A DNA stretch of 64,000 bases, taken from the NCBI GenBank assembly GCA_038143065.1, contig JAYQLI010000035.1:2720894-2784893 (forward strand). The letters are read 5' to 3'. The notes under the pieces are model-generated. The model made no database searches. It was not told the DNA's origin and saw nothing but the letters and a program-made list of their open reading frames with translations. This DNA comes from Rhodospirillales bacterium (GTDB taxonomy: Bacteria; Pseudomonadota; Alphaproteobacteria; Bin95). Below, one piece after another: positions 54,366 through 63,312 of this stretch. The position numbers and the translations under genes are program-made. Every line of letters begins with the position of its first letter. Positions within the stretch are counted from its first letter, which is position 1.

Positions 54366-55178
54366 TTAACTCAGCTTTGTTTTAAAGCGAGATCCTGGAG
54401 GAGGGGGATTATTAGGTGGGCCAGCGAAACATTGTGCTTGCCTCATCCAATTCTTCGCACTTTTTCCGGATACTTCGAGTGCTACGTCTTCAATATTCCG
54501 TGTTTGTGTCACAACCTGGCAAAACTCTGTTGCCGCACCTTTCACAAATTCTCCAGAATTAATTTGATCCGAATTCCATTCCCATATTGCCCCTGATGGT
54601 GCATTCAGAAGGATATGCGGTGGTGGTCCTGGAGGAGCCTCTCCACGATTGGAAAAAGTCCAATTAAATGTGATTGCCCCAAGATGAGCGATGGCTCGGA
54701 TCCTATCATCATCTTGCCTTTCGGTGCCCAACAAATCATAGATTGCTTGGGAATGAGACCATGTTTCCATAAGGCGTGCTGTTATACTTGACCGGGCACT
54801 CATTTCGGGTCCTACCCATGCAACACGGTGTTTTGGTTCTGCCTCTGCGTAAGCACTTGCTGTTTCAGCGGAAGATTCAAGCCAAGCTTTTACGAGGGCT
54901 TGTCCCTCTAATCCTTTCACCCAGCCCCGTTGGTATTCAAAGCGTGAAATTCCACTTTCCGATGCTTTTATTCGAGCATGCTGGGCCGCCTGAAACGCTT
55001 CTGGGTCAATGAGTGTTAGCCTTGCGTTGGTGTCACCCATATAAAGGTGCGCAAAAATATCGTTAAGGGTCCACCCTTTAAATTGCGTTTCGCGGTTGAA
55101 TTCAGTGTCGTTGAGAGGGGTGACTAGTTTCTTAAGCGCCTGGCATTCGGCGGCAAAGTCATCGGCCTCTTTGATCAT
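54366..55178 (-). CDS. TIGR03084-like DinB/MDMPI superfamily metal-binding protein
   Basis: GWTLNDIFAHL, ARLMETWSH, FCQVVTQTRN, AQCFAGPP. Confidence 0.82.
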   Translation of the reverse strand: MIKEADDFAAECQALKKLVTPLNDTEFNRETQFKGWTLNDIFAHLYMGDTNARLTLIDPEAFQAAQHARIKASESGISRFEYQRGWVKGLEGQALVKAWLESSAETASAYAEAEPKHRVAWVGPEMSARSSITARLMETWSHSQAIYDLLGTERQDDDRIRAIAHLGAITFNWTFSNRGEAPPGPPPHILLNAPSGAIWEWNSDQINSGEFVKGAATEFCQVVTQTRNIEDVALEVSGKSAKNWMRQAQCFAGPPNNPPPPGSRFKTKLS

Positions 55179-55404
55179 AGGTTGGTTCCTTGTGGCAATG
55201 TGTATTTAGAGATACTCAGATGACTAGTTTGTAGGTTAACGGGCAATGTTTTTGAACAATATTTCATACGGGTAACTTAGTTGCAAAATACAAAGTAGTA
55301 AGAAAATATAATGATTGTTTTAAGGTAACTGCCGCAAGTTCGTTTGTTAGGTACCTTTTTAATTAATTCTAATGAAGCCCAAATAGATTTTGATGAGGAA
55401 GCAA

Positions 55405-56082
55405 ATGATGCAGATAGGTTTTCGCATTCGTGACAATAAAGACAAGGTTTCTGATGCCATATCTGCACAGTTCAAAGATATGCCGGTTGCTAATGTTTCT
55501 GACTGTATGGCGAGGATGACCGCGGGAGGCCCAACTCTAAGGCCAATGCATGAATCAGGTTCACTTTCAGGGCCAGCGTTAACTGTCAAAACCCGACCTG
55601 GTGATAATCTTTTGCTTCACAAAGCGATTGATATGGCCAGGCCCGGCGATGTTATCGTTTGCGATGGTGGGGGTGATTGCACAAACTCGCTGATGGGCGA
55701 GATAATGTTAGCCTATGCAATAACTAGAGGCGTGGCTGGCTTTGTTATCAACGGAGCTATCCGCGATCTTGATGCTTTTAAAGAACGAAATTTGCCTGTC
55801 TTTGCAGCAGGTGTTTCTCACCGTGGACCTTATAAGGACGGACCCGGTGAAATTGGTTATGCGATTGCTATTGATGGAATGGTCATTCAGCCAGGCGACC
55901 TTGTTATTGGAGATTCGGATGGGGTTCTTTGTGTGCCAAAAAACTCGGCCGAAGAAGTTTTAAAAGCAACCCAGGCTAAAAATGAAGCAGAAGTAAAACA
56001 ATTTGCTGAAATTGAGGCAGGTACAGTTAATCGTGGGTGGGTGGATGACACTCTCAAGCGGTTAGGATGTGTGATGGAATAA
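55405..56082 (+). CDS. RraA family protein (HMG aldolase-like)
   Basis: ANVSD, GPALTV..PGDNL, GEIM, GAIRD, PGDLVIGDSDGV. Confidence 0.9.
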   Translation: MMQIGFRIRDNKDKVSDAISAQFKDMPVANVSDCMARMTAGGPTLRPMHESGSLSGPALTVKTRPGDNLLLHKAIDMARPGDVIVCDGGGDCTNSLMGEIMLAYAITRGVAGFVINGAIRDLDAFKERNLPVFAAGVSHRGPYKDGPGEIGYAIAIDGMVIQPGDLVIGDSDGVLCVPKNSAEEVLKATQAKNEAEVKQFAEIEAGTVNRGWVDDTLKRLGCVME

Positions 56083-56090
56083 CGCCTAAA

Positions 56091-56999
56091 TTATCCGTAC
56101 TTGCTCTGAAGTAGCCATCTCACCCAGTTGCTATAAAAAATACATGAATTGCTCCCCCAAGTTTGTTTAGGCTCTTGGTTAGGGTCGTCATCTGGATAGT
56201 AATTTTCAGGTAAGGATATTTCATTACCCTTCTGAAGGTCTCGACGGTATTCAGCATCTAATGTGAGAGCGTCGTACTCAAAGTGATTCAAAACGTGAAG
56301 GTGTTGCAAACGTTTGTCAAATAGTGCGCCAAGCCCAGACTGTTCTGAAAAAAGAAGCGGTTTTAAATGAGAAAATTTTCTCAAATCGTCTATTTTGGTC
56401 TCAGTCCAACGAGAAACAGGCATTGATGGTTTTGTATCTAGAGATTTTAAAAAAGGTAGGTCTGCTTCACAGAGTGTGTGCTCGTAAACACCAAATTTCT
56501 TCGAAGCCATTAAGTGCTTTGGAATATCATAGTAGTGGTAAAGTGCAGCTTGGGCTCCCCAGCAGAGACTTAGAAGTGGAAGCCCGTTGGTACCATTTTT
56601 CCCCCGGACCCAATCTAAAATTTCTGTCATTTCTCTCCAATAGATAACATCTTCAAACGGCAGTATTTCTATAGGGGCTCCAGTTATTATAACCGCATCA
56701 AACGATGAGTTTGGTCCCAAAGCTGGCCAACGTTTGTAAAATTGATCAAGGTGTCCTGGGGGTGCATTCTTTGCGGCATAATTTGACGGTGCAGCAAAAG
56801 TCAGCGAAACATTTTCGTTCGTTTGGCCAAGGACCCTGGCTAATTGGAGTTCTGTATCCAATTTTTTGGGCATCAAATTAAATACACAAATTTCAAGGCG
56901 ACGGGTGATATCCATGCTGCCTTCGGTAGTGTACACATCTAAGCCTTCGGCCGCGAGAGAAGCTGCGGCCGGTAAATTTTCTGGAAGAATTATACTCAT
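56091..56999 (-). CDS. metA: MetA-fold homoserine O-acyltransferase, predicted acetyl-specific
   Basis: NLMPKK, IITGAPIE (Glu at the acyl-specificity site), CWGAQA catalytic Cys, HFEYD, PENYYP. Confidence 0.92.
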   Translation of the reverse strand: MSIILPENLPAAASLAAEGLDVYTTEGSMDITRRLEICVFNLMPKKLDTELQLARVLGQTNENVSLTFAAPSNYAAKNAPPGHLDQFYKRWPALGPNSSFDAVIITGAPIEILPFEDVIYWREMTEILDWVRGKNGTNGLPLLSLCWGAQAALYHYYDIPKHLMASKKFGVYEHTLCEADLPFLKSLDTKPSMPVSRWTETKIDDLRKFSHLKPLLFSEQSGLGALFDKRLQHLHVLNHFEYDALTLDAEYRRDLQKGNEISLPENYYPDDDPNQEPKQTWGSNSCIFYSNWVRWLLQSKYG

Positions 57000-57949
57000 C
57001 CAGCAATGTTCCGATTGCGTGATTCAAGACGAGTTCTGCAGGTTGCAATATACCTGTTAGCTGTTTCTGTGCCGAAGGGATTTTCTTTAATTTCTCGCAT
57101 GAGGGCGTTGTAAAGAATTTCCATAAAGTTCTCAGGGTCAGGAGTGGTATCGGTGTTAGGGCCGAATAGTTCGGCAGCGTCGATAGTCACACCAAAGCGC
57201 GTTGCCATGCGCTCATACCTCGGTTTTCTAAACTCTAGTAATTCTGGAAAAAGTGGTCTGGCAAACTCTATTGGGTTTATGCCAACGCCATCTTCAGGTG
57301 TCTTCTCAAGCTTTGGGCCTATGAAATTAGGGTTGTAGAAAAGCGGTTTGGGATGGCTTCTAGCTCGTTCCTTTAAAGCTTCTTCTGCGTAGGCGTCCGC
57401 TCTTATGTAAAGAATGAGCGAGTTGTCTATTAGGGGCCTAATGACCGGGTCTTCTGGATCATCAGGGGTAACGATTTCACACAGAGAACCAGATGCGTCG
57501 TTTACGAAAGAACTACAACTATAAATATTCCAAGATTTGGAGATGAAGTGAGGTACGTCCTTCATTGATTGGATCTCAGCCTGTCTGTAGAGATTTTGTC
57601 TCTGAAGAAATTCTGTTTTTTTGAGGCCGCCAAATTCTGGGTCGCCATAGATGCCAAGAAATGTGGAAACAGGCTCTAGATTATCTACCGATATATTATG
57701 ACCAATAAAAATTGAGTCGGACCGTAATAAATTTGCGACGAATGGATCTTCCATGGACATAATTTTGAATTTCACGTTATCCAAAATTGGTTCAGACAGA
57801 TAACGCGTCCCGATCCGATAATCGGCCGAATAATGAAACCAACCTCCATCGCGTCTGAGCGTTTTGGAAAGTGTTGTCTTGCCAACCCCAGACATTCCTA
57901 GAAGCGAGATGGCATGCGGCATTTGGGAGAATTCAGTCAGATCGATCAT
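56996..57949 (-). CDS. Uncharacterised P-loop NTPase/kinase coupled to metA
   Basis: Walker A GMSGVGKT, DYRIGTRY, DASGSLCE; ATGA overlap with metA; ATG at 57949 preferred. Confidence 0.8.
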   Translation of the reverse strand: MIDLTEFSQMPHAISLLGMSGVGKTTLSKTLRRDGGWFHYSADYRIGTRYLSEPILDNVKFKIMSMEDPFVANLLRSDSIFIGHNISVDNLEPVSTFLGIYGDPEFGGLKKTEFLQRQNLYRQAEIQSMKDVPHFISKSWNIYSCSSFVNDASGSLCEIVTPDDPEDPVIRPLIDNSLILYIRADAYAEEALKERARSHPKPLFYNPNFIGPKLEKTPEDGVGINPIEFARPLFPELLEFRKPRYERMATRFGVTIDAAELFGPNTDTTPDPENFMEILYNALMREIKENPFGTETANRYIATCRTRLESRNRNIAG

Positions 57950-58067
57950 GAGTAAGGTAGACTTATTATTTTCCTGAAAGGTCGCGGATGATAGGGCCAG
58001 ACTTGAGGAATGCAAGCGCTGGTTAACTATTGGCAGTCGTGTCTGGGCATCTTATATGGCGTAGACA

Positions 58068-58556
58068 ATGATTACTTCACGATCAATTATGTTAACGGCT
58101 GCCTTTGACCGACTTGACCGCGGTGCGATGGAGATAGCTGCCACTGCTCTGGCTGCTAATCTTCAACTTGGTGATTGTATTGTGTTGGCGGGTCCTCTTG
58201 CTGCCGGCAAGACCACTTTCGTTCAGGCGCTAGCTAAAGCCCTTGGTGAGGTGGATGAGATCACAAGTCCAACATTCACCCTTGCTCACTTCCACACTAA
58301 TGGCCGTCTTCCGTTGTTACATATTGATGCCTATCGCCTAGAGAGTAGTCACTCATTTAAAGATCTTGCTTTAGACGATTTTTACGAAACCCACGTAACC
58401 GCCATTGAATGGGGTGAGAAATTTATAAATTTTTTGCCAGAATATTATAGAGTTGAGTTAGTTCCTGATGGAGAGGATACTCGTCGTCTCATTGTCAGTG
58501 TCCCCGCACAAAAAGATGAGAATTTGAAAAAAATTTCTAGGGCACTCGGCAGATGA
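58068..58556 (+). CDS. tsaE: TsaE-family ATPase
   Basis: GPLAAGKTT, TSPTFTL, HIDAYRL, IEWG. Confidence 0.9.
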   Translation: MITSRSIMLTAAFDRLDRGAMEIAATALAANLQLGDCIVLAGPLAAGKTTFVQALAKALGEVDEITSPTFTLAHFHTNGRLPLLHIDAYRLESSHSFKDLALDDFYETHVTAIEWGEKFINFLPEYYRVELVPDGEDTRRLIVSVPAQKDENLKKISRALGR

Positions 58557-59188
58557 CACTTACACTTTGCCTTCATTCATCCTCGGCGAAGCCATCTGTA
58601 TTTGTTTTCCGAGATGGTCAGAAATTCGCACCAAAAATCGATAATTGTATAGGGGATCCTGCATCTGGGCCTTCAATTGCAGAATTAGCAGCAGATGCTC
58701 TCTCAGCTGCTGATGCCGGTGCAGATGATGTAGACCAGATAGCGATTGATATTGGTCCTGGAAGACTTAGTGCTGTTAGAGCTGCTGTAGCCTTTACGAA
58801 TGCTTTTAGTTTTGGATTGGGTAAGCCAGTTCTCCCTATTATTTCAAGTTTTGCAGTCGGTTTACTTGCTGAGAGAAAATTTGGATTACCTGCAATTGTG
58901 GTCCATAAATCGGCAGGGGGTACAGCTTTTGTAGGGCGTGTTGTAAACGGCTCTTTGGAAACATTACGTCATGGTTCCATAGATAAAACAGTCAGATTAG
59001 TTGCCAAAGGATTAGAATCCGTATCCCTCGTTGGGGCACCAGCCTCTTTGCTGAAAGATATAGAAGTAACACAGATGGGGAATCCAGAAATTTCAGATGA
59101 AATATTCCCTGAGCTCATCAAAATTGGAGAGTTTGTGGATGCTCCTGTTCACCCAATCACAGAACAATCGGCTTTGATTAATGTCTAA
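58553..59188 (+). CDS. tsaB: TsaB-like protein (degenerate)
   Basis: VDQIAIDIGPGRLSAVR...GLGKPV resembles TsaB IAVxxGPGSFTGLR; ATGA overlap with tsaE. Confidence 0.72.
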   Translation: MTLTLCLHSSSAKPSVFVFRDGQKFAPKIDNCIGDPASGPSIAELAADALSAADAGADDVDQIAIDIGPGRLSAVRAAVAFTNAFSFGLGKPVLPIISSFAVGLLAERKFGLPAIVVHKSAGGTAFVGRVVNGSLETLRHGSIDKTVRLVAKGLESVSLVGAPASLLKDIEVTQMGNPEISDEIFPELIKIGEFVDAPVHPITEQSALINV

Positions 59189-59756
59189 AGAAAGTGCTTT
59201 TAAAGCCGCCAATACTCTTCAAGCTGGAGGTGTTATCTTAGCCCCAACAGATACGGTCTATGGGCTAATGGCATTGCCTTGTCACGACGATGCCAGGGCG
59301 AAAATTTTCAGGCTGAAGAGGCGCCCTGAACATATGAACCTGCAGCTACTTTGCCCAACTGCTTTCGATCCCAAGGATATAGGTGCAATCGTACCTTCAA
59401 TTGCGGCAGAACTTTTGCGTTGCGATGATATTCGTTCAAAAATTACCTTTATCCTGCCACTGGATCTGTCTGAAAAGCCAAGATGGTTGTCTGATCGTGT
59501 TGAGGTAGGAATAAGAATTCCGGCTGCTTCTTCTCTACAGGAGATGCTATTAAGCACTGGGCCTGTATTTGCCACATCAGCGAATGCGCATGGCAATAAG
59601 CCGGGTAAGACCGTGAGTGCAATACTCTCCCAACTAGATGGTTCTCCAGACTTTGTATGGGATGCTGGGCCGCTATCTGATGAGGCCTCCACAGTAATTA
59701 ATTTCAATATTGACCCTCCTGTAGAACTTCGGCGAGGTGCGGCTGGAGATCTCTAA
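59181..59756 (+). CDS. tsaC: TsaC/YrdC threonylcarbamoyl-AMP synthase-like protein (short form)
   Basis: PTDTVYGL, IFRLKRRP, VGIRIP, TSAN, STVI, LRRGA. Confidence 0.88.
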   Translation: MSKESAFKAANTLQAGGVILAPTDTVYGLMALPCHDDARAKIFRLKRRPEHMNLQLLCPTAFDPKDIGAIVPSIAAELLRCDDIRSKITFILPLDLSEKPRWLSDRVEVGIRIPAASSLQEMLLSTGPVFATSANAHGNKPGKTVSAILSQLDGSPDFVWDAGPLSDEASTVINFNIDPPVELRRGAAGDL

Positions 59757-59770
59757 ATTTGGTGTTCATT

Positions 59771-60765
59771 ATGACTGAACAGCTAATTTTAGGTATTGAA
59801 TCCTCTTGCGATGATACAGCTGTTGCGCTGGTTTCTGAGACAGGTGACGTAATATCCGCAATTACACAAAACCAGGTGCGGATTCATAAAGAGTGGGGAG
59901 GTGTATTTCCCGAATTAGCTAGTCGAGCGCATGCGGCTGAAATTATCCCAACTATCAAAGCTGTAATGGCTCAAGCCAATGTTAGTTTGGACTTAATTAG
60001 GGCTATCGCTGTCACTCGTGGCCCAGGACTTATTGGCCCATTAATGGTCGGGGTAAATTCAGCAGCTGGCCTTGGAATGGCTTGGGGGAAGCCGGTAATC
60101 GGCATCAACCACCTTCGCGGTCATTTGCGCAGTGCAGCCTTAGAAGGTGGAAATGTGAAGTATCCAGCCTTGGTGTTGCTGGTCTCTGGTGGCCATACAT
60201 TACTCGCTCTAATGACTAACCCGGATGACGTGAAAATTCTTGGCTCTAGTAGAGATGATTCTGTAGGTGAGGCCTATGATAAAACAGCAAGACTACTCGG
60301 TCTTGGATTTCCAGGTGGGCCAGAGATAGATAAACTCGCCAAACTTGGAAGACCGAATATTGAATTTCCACGTCCGATGTTGAGAGAAGGACTTGAATTC
60401 TCCTTCTCTGGGTTGAAGGCCGCCGTTGCTCGATATGTTGAGCGATACCTGATAGTGAGTCTAAGGATGTGGCGGCTTCATTTGTAGCCTCAGTACTTGA
60501 TGTTTTAGCAAGTAAATGTGCTATGGCCTTAAAAGAGACCAAAGCCTCCTCTTTGGTTGTAGTGGGTGGTGTGGCGGCAAGCCCGCAAGTTCGTCATCGG
60601 ATGGAAGAAGTCGCAGTCAGTGCAGGAGCTGAGCTTTCTTTACCCCCTCTGAAATGGTCAACTGACAATGGTGCAATGATAGCATTGGCTGGATGGGATT
60701 ATGTTAGGTCAGGGCGGTATCCATTGCTCAGACCTGTTGCTCGGCTTTCAATCCAGGATTTTTAA
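59771..60765 (+). CDS. tsaD: TsaD/Kae1 family carbamoyltransferase (indel near 60449)
   Basis: LGIESSCDDT, GGVFPELASRAH, GPGL, NHLRGH, VSGGHT, GEAYDK, SFSGLK, TDNGAMIA; ORFs 59759-60487 and 60469-60765 join as YPDSESKDVAASF. Confidence 0.93.
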
Positions 60766-60796
60766 GTGCAAGCTTTCTCTAATTTTGGAGAATCAA

Positions 60797-61678
60797 ATGC
60801 AGAAAACGTCCGAAGATACTAGAATTATCTTAGACCCACTTGGGTATGCTTTGGGCGCTGAAATTAGCGGTTTAGATATATCGCTTCCGCCAAATCGGAA
60901 GGATGTTGAGGCGGTAAATGCTATCTGGCAGGAACACCATGTTATGGTTTTTAGAGGTAGAAAGTTGCAGCCAAGTGAGATTGTAAATTTTGCCCAAGAA
61001 TTTGGTCAGTTAGATGACCATGCTTCAACCCCATTCTACAGGCATAAAGATTTTCCCCAACTGCTGCAAATTACTAATCGCTCAATAGATGGAAGACCTT
61101 CTGAGACCCGAAACACTGGTAGAAATTGGCATTCTGATTATTCTTACACGGGGCGGCCGGCAGCGGCATCAATGTTGTACTGCGATCAGAGACCGCCCGT
61201 CGGTGGTGACACCATGATTGCTAAGATGGTTCGGGCTTATGAGACTCTCTCTACTACGATGCATGGCATCGTTGTTAATCTCCACGCTGTTTATGATATT
61301 TCATTAACTGCCGGTTTAAACGAGCGTGACCCTGACAAAACGAAAGAAGTTCGATTGCTGAATCCGCCCATCGCTCATCCAGCGGTTCGGGTACATCCAC
61401 GAAGTGGGAAGCGCGCTCTCTACGTGTCGGAACGGGTATCTCATTTTCACGGAATGACAAGATCAGAAAGCAGGCCCTTGATAGACTTTTTGTGCTCTCA
61501 CGCAACCCAGCCAGAAAATATCTATCGCCATGTGTGGCAAGAGGGAGATTTAGTGTGTTGGGATAATCGCACGGTGATGCATATCGCGCTTGCTGATTTT
61601 GACGAGGGCAAGCCCCGTCATATGTTGAGAGCTACAGTGCTTGGAGAGCCATCTGGTTTCATTGTCGGAGAACATTAG
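60797..61678 (+). CDS. TauD/TfdA family Fe/2-oxoglutarate dioxygenase
   Basis: LGAEI, WHSD (HxD), GGDT, HPAVRVHP, WDNRTVMH; ATG at 60797 with GGAG RBS. Confidence 0.93.
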   Translation: MQKTSEDTRIILDPLGYALGAEISGLDISLPPNRKDVEAVNAIWQEHHVMVFRGRKLQPSEIVNFAQEFGQLDDHASTPFYRHKDFPQLLQITNRSIDGRPSETRNTGRNWHSDYSYTGRPAAASMLYCDQRPPVGGDTMIAKMVRAYETLSTTMHGIVVNLHAVYDISLTAGLNERDPDKTKEVRLLNPPIAHPAVRVHPRSGKRALYVSERVSHFHGMTRSESRPLIDFLCSHATQPENIYRHVWQEGDLVCWDNRTVMHIALADFDEGKPRHMLRATVLGEPSGFIVGEH

Positions 61679-61728
61679 GCCAAGCTAACAGCTTCATAAC
61701 TAACAGGCCTGCCTGTCAGTTATGGTGA

Positions 61729-62256
61729 TTATCCGTTCTGATGCATCCAGCGAGCATGGTTGGGTGCCCGCTTTGTTTGAGTCCATTCCTCAAGCATTTC
61801 CCATTTGACGTCATCTAATTTTTTGCGCATCTCCGTGGTGCCCGTATTCACCGCCAATTCACACCGGTGTCCATTTGGATCGAAAAAATAAATTGATTTG
61901 AAGATGGTGTGGTCGACCGGACCTATAACCTCAATCCCATCAGCTTCCATTTTGGCCTTAGCATTTTCAAGTTCTGCGAGTGTTGAAACCTTAAAGGCTA
62001 AATGCTGCACCCAAGCCGGTGTGTTGTGATCTCTACCCATTGCTGGTTTCGTTGGTAGTTCAAAAAACGCAAGAACATTTTCGCCTCCAGCATCCAAGAA
62101 TACATGCATATAAGGCTCAGGCTCTTTTGTTGAAGGGACTTGGTCTTCAGCGATCGCAAGTATAAAATCCATGTTGAGGTATTTGCCATACCATTCAACC
62201 GTCTCTTTTGCATCCCTGCATCTGTACGCCACATGATGCACACCTTGAAGTTTCAT
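61729..62256 (-). CDS. VOC (glyoxalase-like) family protein
   Basis: HHVAYRC, LAFFE, QHLAF, SIYFFDPNGHRCEL. Confidence 0.92.
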   Translation of the reverse strand: MKLQGVHHVAYRCRDAKETVEWYGKYLNMDFILAIAEDQVPSTKEPEPYMHVFLDAGGENVLAFFELPTKPAMGRDHNTPAWVQHLAFKVSTLAELENAKAKMEADGIEVIGPVDHTIFKSIYFFDPNGHRCELAVNTGTTEMRKKLDDVKWEMLEEWTQTKRAPNHARWMHQNG

Positions 62257-62398
62257 AGCGCGTATCTCCTTTGGTCTTTAGAGATAATCTCAGTTAATAA
62301 GGTATTCTGGCAAGTTTGTAGGAAGGATTAGCTTCTCTAAGTCTAAGCCTTGCTCTAAACAGTAAGCCAGACCATCATTTTAAAACTCGAAAGCTATT

Positions 62399-63241
62399 GT
62401 GGCGATGCCAGAAGTTGATGCTATGACTTTAGATGCTCTCCGCCAAGAGATTGATCGGATCGATGGTGAGATACATAAACTACTCCTTGCACGCGCTGAA
62501 GTTGTTACAAATGTTGCAGCGGCGAAGGCTAACGCTAGTGATGGCAGTCCCGCCCCAGCTTTTCGTGCGGCCCGGGAGGCCGACGTATTACGGCAGCTGG
62601 TAGCCCGCCATAGAGGACCCCTGAAGCTGCGGTCTCTAGTTCGCATCTGGCGCGAAATTATGTCTGGAATGACTGAAATTCAGCAGCAAATCGTTGTTGC
62701 TGTGCATGTGCCAGAAACAGCTGATAAAACGGGTTGGGATATCGCACGAGATCACTTTGGTCTTGGGATGAAATATTTGCCGCTGCGTTCTTCACGGGAG
62801 GTTGTTGCAGCTGTTAACGATGGTCGTGCCGGAATAGGTGTTCTGTCTGCTCCAGATGCTGGAAGTGATGGAGATCAATGGTGGCCCTTGCTTGCAGCAG
62901 TTTCCGAAGAAATGCCGAAAATTGTTATGAAGTTGCCATTTTTGCTTTCCAAAGAGTCAGTTACAACAAATTCAAAGGTTGCAATTTGCATGCCTGGGCC
63001 TGAACCAGAAATCTTGGATGCGGCATATGTGGTTATCGAGACCGTGCCTGGCATTTCGCGTGAGAAAGTTGCAAGTACATTAAGGGCAGCGGGGATTGAA
63101 CCCAAGGTACTACATTCAGACCCCAAAACCTCCTTTTATTTGGCGGAGATAGAAACTACTTCGACTGATGCAGTTGATCGTAGGGTGATCAAAAATATAG
63201 TTTCAATCGGTGGTTATCCGACTCAAATAGCAACCGAGTGA
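62399..63241 (+). CDS. Chorismate mutase with C-terminal PDT-like extension
   Basis: LDALRQEIDRID..LLLAR, FRAARE, IWREIM, ARDHFG; upstream of hisC. Confidence 0.88.
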   Translation: MAMPEVDAMTLDALRQEIDRIDGEIHKLLLARAEVVTNVAAAKANASDGSPAPAFRAAREADVLRQLVARHRGPLKLRSLVRIWREIMSGMTEIQQQIVVAVHVPETADKTGWDIARDHFGLGMKYLPLRSSREVVAAVNDGRAGIGVLSAPDAGSDGDQWWPLLAAVSEEMPKIVMKLPFLLSKESVTTNSKVAICMPGPEPEILDAAYVVIETVPGISREKVASTLRAAGIEPKVLHSDPKTSFYLAEIETTSTDAVDRRVIKNIVSIGGYPTQIATE

Positions 63242-63312
63242 TTGACCTGTAAACTTTAATCTTAACATTCAATGAGAGAGCTGCTCCAAAGACAGCTAAA
63301 CGGATTGATATC

